Positions 1-10,792 of a DNA stretch of 64,000 bases are shown here, in pieces. The first letter of the stretch is position 1; the number at the start of each line of letters is the position of its first letter. The stretch is taken from assembly GCA_047495785.1 (NCBI GenBank), contig JBLDXI010000002.1:2604001-2668000 (forward strand). The letters are read 5' to 3'. The stretch is from Lepidodermella squamata. Taxonomy: Eukaryota; Animalia; Gastrotricha. A model generated the notes under the pieces. It was not told the DNA's origin and did not search any database. It saw only the letters and a program-made list of their open reading frames with translations. Position numbers and translations under genes: made by a program.

Positions 1-1042
1 GCCTTAAAAAAACGCGCTTTTTTATTTCACTCATTAATTTGTCCAGAAATTACCGTGTTCTTTCTGGCGATGAATCATCATCAATCGGCATCATGCCTGA
101 GCCCAAGTCCGGAAACGGAGGTACGGCAAACGCCTGGTTCGTTGCATTTTCACGCGACGGGTTCCAATCGTCGGAAATCGACATGAGCAAGTCGTCCTTC
201 AAGTTGTTGAACATGGCCGATAGCGGCGAGTCAGCGCAACTCCGCGTGACAGCTACTGGCGATCGGTTGTAGCCGAGCGCGAACATTGTCGCTGAAACCG
301 GAACGTCGAGAAAACCTACAGCATTACGAGAGAAAATCAATTTCCTGTTTCATCGTGCTCATTGAAGCGTGTATTTCAGGGTTTTTTGACATTTTGCGAT
401 GGACAAAAAGAGGGACAGCCTTAATAAATTAGCGCTCACCTAAAATGAAGGAGATCATCCAAATGCTGACGACGGCTAGTTTAGCGAATCGTTTCTTTGA
501 AAGCTGTTAAATAGCAATCGATTAAAGATTGCAGAACGCAATATTGATTTCAACTCACATATTGATATTTGAGAGGGTAAATCTGAAAAATTTAAAGGAA
601 AATAATTAATTAAGATTAGCCTCGAAAATAAAGCCATTATATAGGGACAATCATAAAATAACCAGGAAAACCGGACCAAACATACCAAGCCAATAACGTG
701 ATCGACAGACATTCCGCAAAGATTGAGGAGGTTCGCGAAAAAGCCGACAAGCTGTAAACTGCGCAAAATCTGGGTGACACAAACGCCCACAGCCTCGTCA
801 TTCGCGAAAACCGGTGAAATCTGAAGGACGAATTGCAGAAGATTGATGCCGCAAATGTAAAGATCCGAAATTGTGAGTGATATCAAAAATCGCCGGTAGC
901 CTTTCAGGATGAAGTTCGATTTCATGATACCATCGAGCACAACCAGGTTACTAGCGACTGCCAGTAAGGAAATGACGTAATCGAAGAGAACAAAGACACC
1001 CTTCGGGCCTTCGAAGACTTTGTCCAAAACGCTACTCTCCAT
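1..1042 (-). CDS. Class A (rhodopsin-like) GPCR, 5' part; continues beyond window start
   Basis: ATG 1042. Exon 1 encodes TM1 (LLAVASNLVVL), TM2 (FLISLTISDL), a Cys at the top of TM3 and a DRY-like MSVDHVIGL, ending at a GTATG donor (~685). Micro-exon IYPLKYQY, then TM4 exon LSKKRFAKLAVVSIWMISFIL, then a long ECL2 exon (~318-54). Confidence 0.85.
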
Positions 1043-2247
1043 GTTCCGAAGTAGCAAGCGAAATTTGAGAGATTAACCCATGATTCAAAAATAGCTGATC
1101 TAAGAAAATTATAAAGCTAAATATAGCGATGAGTTTGAAGATGAGACGGCTAATTTTAGCGTGGGGAGGAAGCAAAGGTTCAACCCGTCGGCATATCAAA
1201 TTCGATTATAGCGGAATCCCATACGAAAATATGCAAAGGTGTTTGTGAGAAATGAATGAAAAAAGAAAATATTCTCTATGCAATTAATGTCAACTCCGCA
1301 TCTTCTGCGACTTGCGACCTTGTAATTGCCACAGCCCGTAGCCGTTAAGTCTATGGATTTATTTGAACGAAATAATGTGGTGATTTCCACTCTTGTCAAA
1401 AGCTAAAAGGTAAATGTGCTATAGTGCGCGATGGAAAAAAATGCTCTTTTGCGGAAGAGAGTGCGCGATTAATCGAAAATATTATTCCCTTACACATTAT
1501 TTTGTGTGTTTTTTAATGCATGGTATACTGCTGCGCTTATATAAACGGCTTTTCTACGAGCTGAATATGATTTGCATTGAAAATCAATTTACGCTCTATT
1601 TGCAAAGCACAAGGAACACGACTTTTCTCGAAAAAATATGTTGTTCTCGGAAGGAAAACAAACACCTGTTTCTTCGATAATTGAAAGACAAAAGAAATTT
1701 TGTAAATTCGCTAGTTCAAAGTTCAAAGTTTTAATTCAGTTACTTTTTAGGGAACGTCTGAAATATCAGCACGGATTATTTCGGGGACATGCTGTCTATC
1801 AGAAAACGTATATCTTTCCATTGCCGTAGGGTTATTTGTTTTGATGATCGAATCAGATGAAAAAATTAACGAGACTGCTGGCTTTATTTTTCATTCACCG
1901 TATATTATATGATTTTCATTCTGATATATAATCGTCATGGGAAAGGCGATTATCGCGATATTATGGCACTAATTATTTGAGCACAAGAATTTAGATTTCA
2001 AGAAGCCGTGCGTGATTAAATCCTCCGGGCTAGCGAGGATGAAAAAAGAAATAAAAAAAACGATATGACAATGATCGTAAAGCTCCGCCTATAACAAAAC
2101 AAACTGTACGCGGGCGAGCTAGAGATTATGACGGTGTATAAAGCGCTGAAGAAATAGAAAATATATTTAATTGAATTATCAAGTTGTATCATAGAAAAAT
2201 CAAGTCATTTGCTGGAATTGTCTGTAGCGTGGGAAATAATCAATTTA

Positions 2248-2709
2248 TTATTCGCGAATGTTAATCAAGTGAAGCTTCTCGCCGATAGCTGGTTCAGAAT
2301 GGCGGATTTTGCGCTGTTGCTTGCCTTCTGACTTGCCGGACGAAAACATCGAAAAAATCGAGTGACTTCGATGATGCTCATCGTCGCCCGGGAAAAGTCG
2401 TTTAAAGGCAGTTGAAACGCGTTGGCACAAAATCTTGGCCGAATTAGACAGGCTTCGCTTTCTGTGGCCAACGTCGCTATCGCACCGCGACAAGTCATTG
2501 TACGCGCGATTCATCGGCAACTCGACCGATGACTTGCTATGCATTAATTTCGCCCGGCGCTGTTTAGTAACGCTAGAATTTCGAGGCACCAAAAGCGCAT
2601 GATCTTCCTCGAATTGTTGGCGCGAGATCGTAACTGGAGTGGGTAGAATCAAGGAATATCGACGATCGCGACTGCACCCGGACGCACTGGCCAGCATGAA
2701 TGGCATCAT
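2248..2709 (-). CDS. Hypothetical Ser/Arg-rich, probably disordered protein (may be an exon of a larger gene)
   Basis: GC-richer ~150-codon open frame starting MMPFMLASASG just after an acceptor-like ttatatag; no recognisable domain. Confidence 0.45.
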   Translation of the reverse strand: MMPFMLASASGCSRDRRYSLILPTPVTISRQQFEEDHALLVPRNSSVTKQRRAKLMHSKSSVELPMNRAYNDLSRCDSDVGHRKRSLSNSAKILCQRVSTAFKRLFPGDDEHHRSHSIFSMFSSGKSEGKQQRKIRHSEPAIGEKLHLINIRE

Positions 2710-3290
2710 ATTTCTATATAACACGCCTATTATAGATCGAGAGAAAAAAGTGTTTCTGCAATAAATCAGGCCGAAAATGAAACGGTTGAATGATTGATGC
2801 AAAACAGGTGCGTAAACAGCGTGGAGTATTACTTTTTGCCAAAGATCCTCTGTTTTGGACATAGCTATTTTTTCTATCGCCGACGAAAGTTGGCTACGCA
2901 TGCCCTACAGCTGGTGGGCGGCTTGTTTTTACCTTGAGATGTTATTTATTTTCCATTGCGTTTCTGCGCCTGATCCTTTTTGCTGCGGATTACGAACGGG
3001 AATTAGGTTTTCGGCGAATCGAAACGTGCGCGAGCAAATCCGGCCGCACCGGGCCGTGATTGAGTTGTCTGTATAGTATCATATATTTAAGTGATCGTGC
3101 TTTGTAAGCTCCTGTGACATAAATAAACTAAGATCGCCTGTTTTTAGACAAAAATCGAAACAAAAACACCAAACTAATTAGTTTCCTTTCATCCCTAACC
3201 TTTTATTGTTTTGCCGAAAAATCAAAATTAAAATCGACCTGTTTGATGCGGACTAACATTGCGTAGTCGAAATAGGCAGATAAAATTAGG

Positions 3291-4677
3291 TTAAAATTGT
3301 GAATGGATTTCCATACAAGTTTTCGAACAGTCGGCAAAGCTGCTAAATCTGTTTGCGTTGGCGCCGCAAAGGCCGCTGGGAAGCCTGACACAGTTGCCTT
3401 GACGAACGTCATATGAGTAGATTGCGTCACATTTTCCGTGTTTCTCAACCGTGCCGGTTTCAACCGGCAACAAACACACCTTGCCGTCGTAGTTCATCGT
3501 CTCGCTGATCTGAAAGACAGAATAACATATTATGATTGTAAAAGCAGAGCGTAAAACATCGATTTCAACCTTCTTCACGATTCTTTCGTCCCGGATTCCG
3601 AGTTACAAAGAATAATTATAAAATCTCACTACAGCGTGTCCCGTAAGTAACGCAAAAAATACATGGAAAAGGGTTCAGAAACTCTAAAATGAGACGAAGT
3701 CACATCTCATGACCAGAAAATTTTAGAAAATTAAAAAAAATCACGAAAATAGTAATAAAGTATGTCACTTGTTAATGGGATTAAACAATTCCGGAAAAAA
3801 TTGGTCCTATAACGGGTAAAATACCGAAAATTACCGAACCAGTTACCATCGGGGTTTTCCGGGTTTTCTCTGGTAAATTTCTAATTTCGTCGGTTTAATC
3901 ACGGATAAAAGATGGAATATTCTCTCGGAAGGTTTAATTTTAAAGAATTAATTAAATTTCCCACAAAACACCCGAAACTGAAAAATAGTTGCGTAACTTT
4001 TGGGATACGCTGCGGTGTTATATAAAATATTGTTCAAGGCGAAAAATGCGCAAAAATATGCGGTGATAAAATTAAAAATATATATAGCAATTCCAGCTTA
4101 ATTTTTATTTTCGCCAACAAATTTAGTCTCGAATCTTGAAATTGATGATTAGTCATTTAAAAAAGTATTCAATATCGGCATTGATCTCAAATTTACATAC
4201 CGTGCATGTCGATTTGCATATTTCCGGGGTTTCGAACGAGTTCTCGTTACCGCCGCAGCCGCCGTAGTCGAATTCGATGCAGGCGTGTTGTTTTGCGTCA
4301 TAACCGTACCGCTTCTTATTCGCCGCCTGGCCTTGATAACACCGCCCGTTGTCGATAGCCAAATTGCACGGGTAGATCTCACGTTCGAGGGCCGCTGCAA
4401 GACTTGCGTCATCTTGCGCTTCGGCTACAACTTCCGGCCGGCACGTCGTCACGCATGATTTGAGGTCTTTGAAGTGATTGCGGGCATCGTAGGAAACACA
4501 CGTTCCGTAAGTGAAAGGCTGGCATCGCCCGGTTAGGCGGTTGTAGGCGTATCGGGTTACTGAAGCTCGACACAGCCCCGTAATAACAGGCTCGTTGCAT
4601 ATAGAATTCGACGATGGAACAATTTCGCAATTTACGGCAAAAATCAGCCAAGCGGAAGTAAGGATTTTTAGGTGCAT
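3291..4677 (-). CDS. Secreted protein with three Kunitz/BPTI domains (2 exons: 4677-4201, 3509-3291)
   Basis: Signal peptide MHLKILTSAWLIFAVNC. Three Kunitz Cys patterns (FTYGTC..NHF, FDYGGCGGNENSF, GLCGANANRF). Phase-0 intron gtatgt...tttcag joins the exons in frame. Domain 1 has Arg at the P1 position (GLCRA). Confidence 0.9.
3632..4012. mobile_element. Tc1/mariner-type MITE in the Kunitz intron
   Basis: 24-bp imperfect TIRs: CAGCGTGTCCCGTAAGTAACGCAA versus the reverse complement of the right end, CAGCGTATCCCAAAAGTTACGCAA (4 mismatches). TA on the left flank; no ORF. Confidence 0.65.
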
Positions 4678-4913
4678 TTTTAAATTGAATACTGACTTTT
4701 GTCTACTTTTCCACAATTTGTCTGCTGCAATAACAAGTCGTGTGCCAATTTTCAGTACGCATAATCTGCGCAACAGCAGGTATTACAGCTAGAGTAAACA
4801 GACTTTGCTCGAAGATACCGGCTAATAGGATATCCGCAAATCCATCGCCTCACGTGGCCGCGGCAATTAAAGGCCATAGCCTCAACGTCAGATCTATTAT
4901 TTTTCGATAAAAA

Positions 4914-5322
4914 ATGTTGTTGAAAACTTTAATAGCTATCTTGCTGTCTGTGACATATGGTATGTGTCCAAGCCACCAAATTGTTTCATATTATTTATAT
5001 TTTATTACCATTTATAGCAGGTGTGGATGCGAATAACAGGGTTCGAGTGATTGCAGCGCCCGAGTGTCCCGTTAAAGAACACCAAGAATACGCGATTAAA
5101 ATGACCTGGGCGGCGATAAATCGCTGGGACGCGAATGCCGCTAAAATTGCGCGCAACGTATCGGAATCGATGAACTCGCGCTTCGGCAACTACTGGGGCG
5201 TCATGGCCTTCACGCAGCCGGTGGCTGAGCATGTCGGCGCCTATTTCTGGTACAAGGGCTCGAACTGGATGCGACTCACCGACGATGTGTACACGGTCGA
5301 TATTTGGCAAAACATTTGCTAG
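4914..5322 (+). CDS. Secreted dynein-light-chain(LC8)-like / ground-like-fold protein 1 (exons 4914-4959, 5021-5322)
   Basis: Signal exon MLLKTLIAILLSVTYG, phase-1 intron gtatgt..tagcag. The mature part aligns to the LC8 pattern (IARNVSESMNSRFGNYWGVMA..GAYFWY..WMRL..VDIW). Confidence 0.75.
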
Positions 5323-5723
5323 AAAATAATTTTATTTATATTATTATTGTTATTTACACTACTTACTATATCATACATAAAATAATAAAATACAATATTT
5401 ACTTGGTTTTACTGAAAATTGACTGTACATCAATAATGACAAATGACAAATTGGGCGTGAAAATCCCTACAGTTGCTCAGGTAAAAAAATCAATGGATTT
5501 ATTGATCAGCGCTCGGCATTGTGTTGAATATTCGCGTGTACTTGTATATCGATCGACATTGCGTTAGGTCATAGTAAAAAATCCCGGGCTTTTTTATCAA
5601 TGGTGCCACATATTTTAATGATAATTTTTGTTTTATGACACCACCATTCTTGTTTTTAAGATAAATAATGTGTGTACATGGTTTCATTATTCGCTTATCT
5701 CGCCATAACTAACAACAACAAAT

Positions 5724-6107
5724 ATGCATTTAACTTGGTCGTTATTTCCACTGATTTTGGGCTACGTGTTCGTTATTTGCCAAATTTTCGACGATAATTG
5801 TCTCGTGGAGGCTGCGTTCGAGGCGAAACTCAGCTTCAACTACTCGTGCGCCGACCAGGAAAAATTGGACTTCGCCGTCGATGTTGTGACTAAGGCTTAC
5901 GCGAAGCATGAGTACAATGTCGTCGCGATCAGTAAGGAAGTCAGCGAGGCGTTCAATACGAAATTCGGGCCGTACTGGGGCGTGATAGCCTACATGACAC
6001 GGCATGCGACCAGCATCGGCGCCTACTTTTGGCACAACTCGAGCAATTATTTTCAGCTGAAGGACGACAACCTAACAATCGATATCTGGCAAAATGCGGC
6101 AGCCTAA
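5724..6107 (+). CDS. Secreted LC8-like protein 2 (single exon)
   Basis: Hydrophobic N-terminus. FAVDVVTKAYAK..ISKEVSEAFNTKFGPYWGVIA..GAYFWH..YFQL..IDIW is a clear paralog of protein 1. Confidence 0.8.
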   Translation: MHLTWSLFPLILGYVFVICQIFDDNCLVEAAFEAKLSFNYSCADQEKLDFAVDVVTKAYAKHEYNVVAISKEVSEAFNTKFGPYWGVIAYMTRHATSIGAYFWHNSSNYFQLKDDNLTIDIWQNAAA

Positions 6108-6327
6108 AACAATAACTCTACTGTTTTGACACCTTAAATGTGCCTTGTTGTCCTATAAGTCTCAATAAACATTGACGTCTCTTTTTCAAAACTGGAAATT
6201 ATCCGGACATCTAAATAAAATGCTGTCGCTGGTCATTGTTTGCTTCTGTCTTGTTTTTCCAACTTGAAAAGGATCCGGAGCTAGTTCAAAACGGCCAAAT
6301 TGCTTGTCAAGTAGCATAATTATTGGA

Positions 6328-6910
6328 ATGAAGCGCCTGTTCGCATTTATTTTCCTCACAGGTATTTTGTTATCAAATTTAAAACAGTCCTAAAAAGCCA
6401 GTTCATCTCATATGCCCTCAATGAGTTTTTACTTGATGGAATTATTCATCGGATTATCTATGATATTTCTCAGGTCCAGCGATTGTTATCTGCGCTGATT
6501 CCAATGCCCCCGGATCTGACACTACGTTCAAAACAATAGTGAATCAGAAATCAGAGCCATCAAACGGAGGAGCGTACCTACCAGGCATAGAATCTCAATC
6601 AACATCTCACAGACCCACCGTGGAGACACCTCGCTCTGAAGTAACCGTAATCGGCGGGCATCCTAAGCTTAGTGAGGAAATTAAGGCAGAAGCCATCGAT
6701 ATCGTTACGAACGCTCTGATTCATCAGAAATCAACCTTCGGTATGGCGAAGCAGATTGCTGATATTTTCAACGAGAACCACGGATTTTACTGGGGCGTTT
6801 CTGTTGGCGATCATACGCGCCTTTCGACGTATTTCTGGTACACGGGAAAAGGCTGGATACAGCTCACCAACGGCACTCTTTTGATTGACATTTGGAAGCA
6901 AGGTTGTTGA
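6328..6910 (+). CDS. Secreted LC8-like protein 3 with Ser/Thr/Pro stalk (exons 6328-6361, 6474-6910)
   Basis: Signal MKRLFAFIFLTG|PAIVICA across a phase-1 intron, in frame with ORF 6539. Domain AIDIVTNAL..MAKQIADIFNENHGFYWGVSVG..YFWY..WIQL..IDIW. Confidence 0.8.
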
Positions 6911-7018
6911 ATACAGAATTTAAATGTTTGCGAATATTTAATTCATTTATGCTAATTGATTAGTTCAGGTGCTAGTTTCATTAGTACTAACAATAAAAAC
7001 GTAATATAGGTAGTTACT

Positions 7019-9772
7019 ATGAACATGCTTTTGATACTCTGTTTCGTTTTTGGTCTAACAGTTGGGCAGGAGTCATCGCAGATCATCCGGGAGGCAAAAG
7101 CTTGCAATGATAGCCGGGAAATCTTGAGCTATTTGATGCAAATCGAGCTGGCTTTGGATGGCCAAAATGATACTCAACTGTCGTTGGGCAATAGTTCGAG
7201 AATCACCGATAACAGGTTCCTGTCACCTGTTTATACCCGCCCTAGCAAGTCGGCTCAGGCCCATGCGGAGCACTACCATGCTTTGCCAAATGGTAACCAC
7301 CCTCACGAAACCGGGGGTTGGACTTTTTCATTCTGGTTTAAAGTCGAAAAACCACCGACCTTAGTCACTCTAGCCGAACTATTAGCTCTCCATGCACCGT
7401 TGGAGATGATGAAGTTAGGCAATTGGGACGTTTATCTGTACTTATTAGAGAGAAAGCTGGTTGTTGGCCGCACTCTTTATAAAATGTATGTAGAAATCGG
7501 CAAATGGAATTTTCTAGCAGTCAGCGTAGATAAAGGGCACGCCGGAAAATTGTTCGCATATCAAAGTGACAGCACGGGGACGCTTCATTTGAATGTATTT
7601 GAAGATGGCCTATGGCTCAAAAAACTTCCCTCGATCGAGTGGGTTAACAATTCGATCAACGTAACTTGCATTTCCATGTTCGACAAAGCTTTGACAAGCT
7701 TCGAAATCGCGATGGTTCTTGCCATGTGCGACCATCAGCAAGCGTTCCGCTGCCCAGGATTCTCAATAGCTAATGTTAGCGTGAATGATCTACGCTCCGG
7801 ATTCATACCTAGGAACCGGTATAACGAAGAATTCTGTCCTTGTCGGGTCGATCGAGGTCTTGATTGGTACCAGGCTAGAAATAGTGACTGCAAGCCGATC
7901 ATCTCATACTCATACTCATACTCTTTATTTATGCAAGTTGCCTTTCGACATTTAGCATTTGGTATCAGACATCATCACAAGGCTTATGAGTCAACTATTC
8001 CCATGGTTGATGGTCGAACCTTGGTCCCCAGGCTTTGCGTACTGAGTAGCCATATCTTGATTGCCGGTGAATGGCGTCCTACACCGGGAGGGAGGAAACC
8101 GCGGTCTCGGGTGGATTTTGCTTGGCAGTGTTACCAGCAGGTACGCACTCGAGGATTGTGCCCTTGGCTCCGTAGTCGGCGACACGTCTTCCTGTCAGCT
8201 TGATTTACGGTCCCAGAAACGCCGCATTCAATGCGTAGAAGAATGATTGGTGTTGCGGTTCTGGGGATTGAACCCGTGCCTCTTCGCCGCCAGTGAGGTG
8301 CTTGGACCGCTCGACCACTTGCTCCCCCTGATCTCACCCCCTGGACCTTACGGGCTCAATGCTACTTCATTTGGCCAATGTTTTCTCGAAGTGGCAAGTC
8401 ATTTTGAAATGGTCGGCAAATTGTTCTCCCCGGAAATCGCAGGGACGATAATCACGGATAAGACTCAGTCTTTTACCTACACACTGTTTTATTACTTTTC
8501 TGAAGAAAAAACACAGAGTTTTGTCACTGAAATATAAAAAGAAACGTGAGACTTCATTGGACAACATCGGGAAAACGCGGAAACTTCACTTCATTCAAGT
8601 AAAGCGCGATAAGATGACGCTCAGTAAGCAGCATCGTCAGTCTTACAGAACCTTTGCTATAATTGACGCACCAGAGCCTGGGAAATGGAATTTCATTGCA
8701 ATGACGTATGGGTGGCCGACGGATACATTGAAGTATTATAAGGGAATCGAACCCAACTTCGACCCAGTGTTGATCTACTCTGGCAAAATAGGCTCCCCAG
8801 TATGGGGGGAATGGACAGGCAATTCAAGTATCCCATGGAATCCATTTGATGGCTTACTAACAGCTTATTCCTGTGTTTCAAAATACGGCACAAACCTGGC
8901 ACTTCAGGATATAAAAGTGATAATCGATGAATGCCGACGCATGTTGGTTCCAAGCACGTTGGTGACCGTCAATCGAACTGATGATGTAACACTAAATCCG
9001 TTGCCCAGAGATTGTCAGGTATTGGTTATGCGAACTAATTATATATGTAAAAATATGCAAGCTTGCAATTTTTAGGATTCTGCAGATTCGAGTATAAAAT
9101 TCGAGGAGAGTTTGTTCGCACTGTACGGCCATTTCACTTTTCTCGAGGCCAACGAAGCATGTAAACAATACGGTGGACACCTTGCCTTGTCAATCGATAA
9201 AAAAAATGCTGGTGATTTGAGAGACTCTCTGTTAATCGATTCAAGTAAGTAAAAATGACATTTTCTTCATTTTTTTACGGTGTGTGGATTTTCGTAAGAG
9301 TTTTATTGGGTCGGTGGCTATGAGGATAACCAGGGCGAAGTCCGTTGGTTGGACGGTACCTGTACCAAACCGGTCACCTGGCGTAAGCCCCTTCAGCCCC
9401 GTCCTGATCTTCCTTGTATCGCTATAAATGCTGGCAAACTATACGAAGCAAGTTGCCGAAAAGATACATTGAACGCTTTGTGCCAAAGACGTCTTATCAG
9501 AAACAACCTCATGGAAAATTTTGCAAACTACAAATTTTATCAAGCGGAGGATCTCGGGAATCTAACAGAAAAAGAAGGGAGAACTATTTGCGAAGAGCAA
9601 GGGGCTCGACTAGCGGCATTCAGCTACATCGAATCTCAATCCTTTGTCGCATTTAATCTTTCATCGATATTCAACTTATCGCAGACTGATGGAGACTTCA
9701 AGTGCTTGTTCCACAAGTCCCTTCGACAGTTTCCGCCAGACGATCCAGACTGCTCAACTCAGCGAATGGTCT
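7019..9772 (+). pseudogene. Copy 1 of LamG/pentraxin-C-type-lectin receptor; disrupted, lacks TM and kinase
   Basis: Collinear with 10793-13139. Interrupted by a 424-bp SINE (7907-8330), frameshifted near 8505-8512, and homology stops at 9772, before the TM. Confidence 0.8.
7907..8330 (-). mobile_element. tRNA-derived SINE inserted in an exon
   Basis: Absent from paralog copy 2 (GATCTCACCCCCTGG). Flanked by direct repeat ATCTCA (7901-7906, 8331-8336). Minus-strand head has Pol III A box TGGTCGAGCGG (8317-8307) and B box GGTTCAATCCC (8274-8264). 3' end is AATAAA followed by a (GAGTAT)n tail. Confidence 0.85.
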
Positions 9773-9794
9773 CAAATGTTATATTACGAATTTC

Positions 9795-10031
9795 GGATGA
9801 GTTGACCGGGGACGAGTTGTCCGAAAATTAAAATAAATAAAAAATACTTAATTATTTAATTTTAGTGACGACTCATCCGCGACAACTCGGCCGGGCCGGA
9901 CCAGTTGTCACCAGATGAGTTGTCACTATAAATAATTACTTAAATATTTATTTAATTTCGGATGAGTTGTCGCTGGACGAGTTGTCGCGGATGAGTTGTC
10001 GCGGACGAGTTGACCGCGGATGAGTTGACGC
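9795..10031. repeat. 14-15 bp GGA(T/C)GAGTTG(T/A)CGC repeat cluster, probably subterminal repeats of a DNA transposon
   Basis: Five tandem units at 9960-10031, further copies at ~9795-9822 and ~9899-9925, inverted copies at ~9865-9890. Begins just after the truncation point of receptor copy 1. Confidence 0.6.
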
Positions 10032-10585
10032 CCCACGTTTTTCCGAGCTCGAAAAATTATTTTTTGCTAGAATATTTCTGAACAAAGCAACGCTGTGAGA
10101 GATTTCAAAGTCCAATATGCACAGCCGGAAAAAATCGGAAAATCGAAATTAATGATCTGCCGGGCAAATTATATATCGCCGGATAGAGAAAATTCTCAAT
10201 ATGGATAAACTAATTTTTTCAGATTTTTCAAAATATTTCCGAAAGAGCCAACCGTGGCAGAAGAATGGCAATTCTGCCCAAAATCACCAAATATAGCACT
10301 TTTTGGCGAATTTTAGTAAATTATTCATGGGGGAACACTAGGTGTGCCTGGTATTATTAGATAGAGGGCCACTTCTAGTATTTATGAGCGGAAAATCATA
10401 ATTTTCGAAAGGGGTACCTGCGGCTTTTTTAATTTTTGAAAATAATTAAAATTATAATGGGCGGATACGGCGTTGGGTGGCATAAAAAGTGGTCGCGTGC
10501 CGCACTCTTTGCAATAACAGCTCGAATAAATTCACTATGGAAAGATCGTTAGTGTCCTATCTGTTACAGTGTTGTCTATGCGATG

Positions 10586-10676
10586 GCCTTTCGTGTATTT
10601 CTGGTACACGGGGAGGGCTGGATACAGCTCACCAACGGCACTCTTTTGTTGATTGACATTTGGAAGCAAGGTTGCA
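10586..10676 (+). pseudogene. Duplicated 3' fragment of LC8-like gene 3
   Basis: Near-identical to 6819-6907 (TATTTCTGGTACACGGG...GACATTTGGAAGCAAGGTTG) with small indels; no 5' part. Confidence 0.85.
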
Positions 10677-10792
10677 AAATACAGAATTTTAATAGTTTTG
10701 CTGTTTACGACTATTTAATTCATTTATGCTAATTGATTCGTCCAGGAGTTAGTTTCATTAGTATACTAACAATAAAAACGAAAAATAGTTAC

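Noticed and set aside
7019-8203. 394-aa ORF as a complete protein
   Set aside because: Its last ~100 codons are read-through into the antisense SINE.
8250-8330. Functional tRNA gene
   Set aside because: A and B boxes are present but I could not fold a full cloverleaf; it is the head of a TSD-flanked insertion absent from the paralog.
9960-10031. CRISPR-like array
   Set aside because: Units are 14-15 bp and contiguous with no unique spacers; no cas genes; eukaryotic context.
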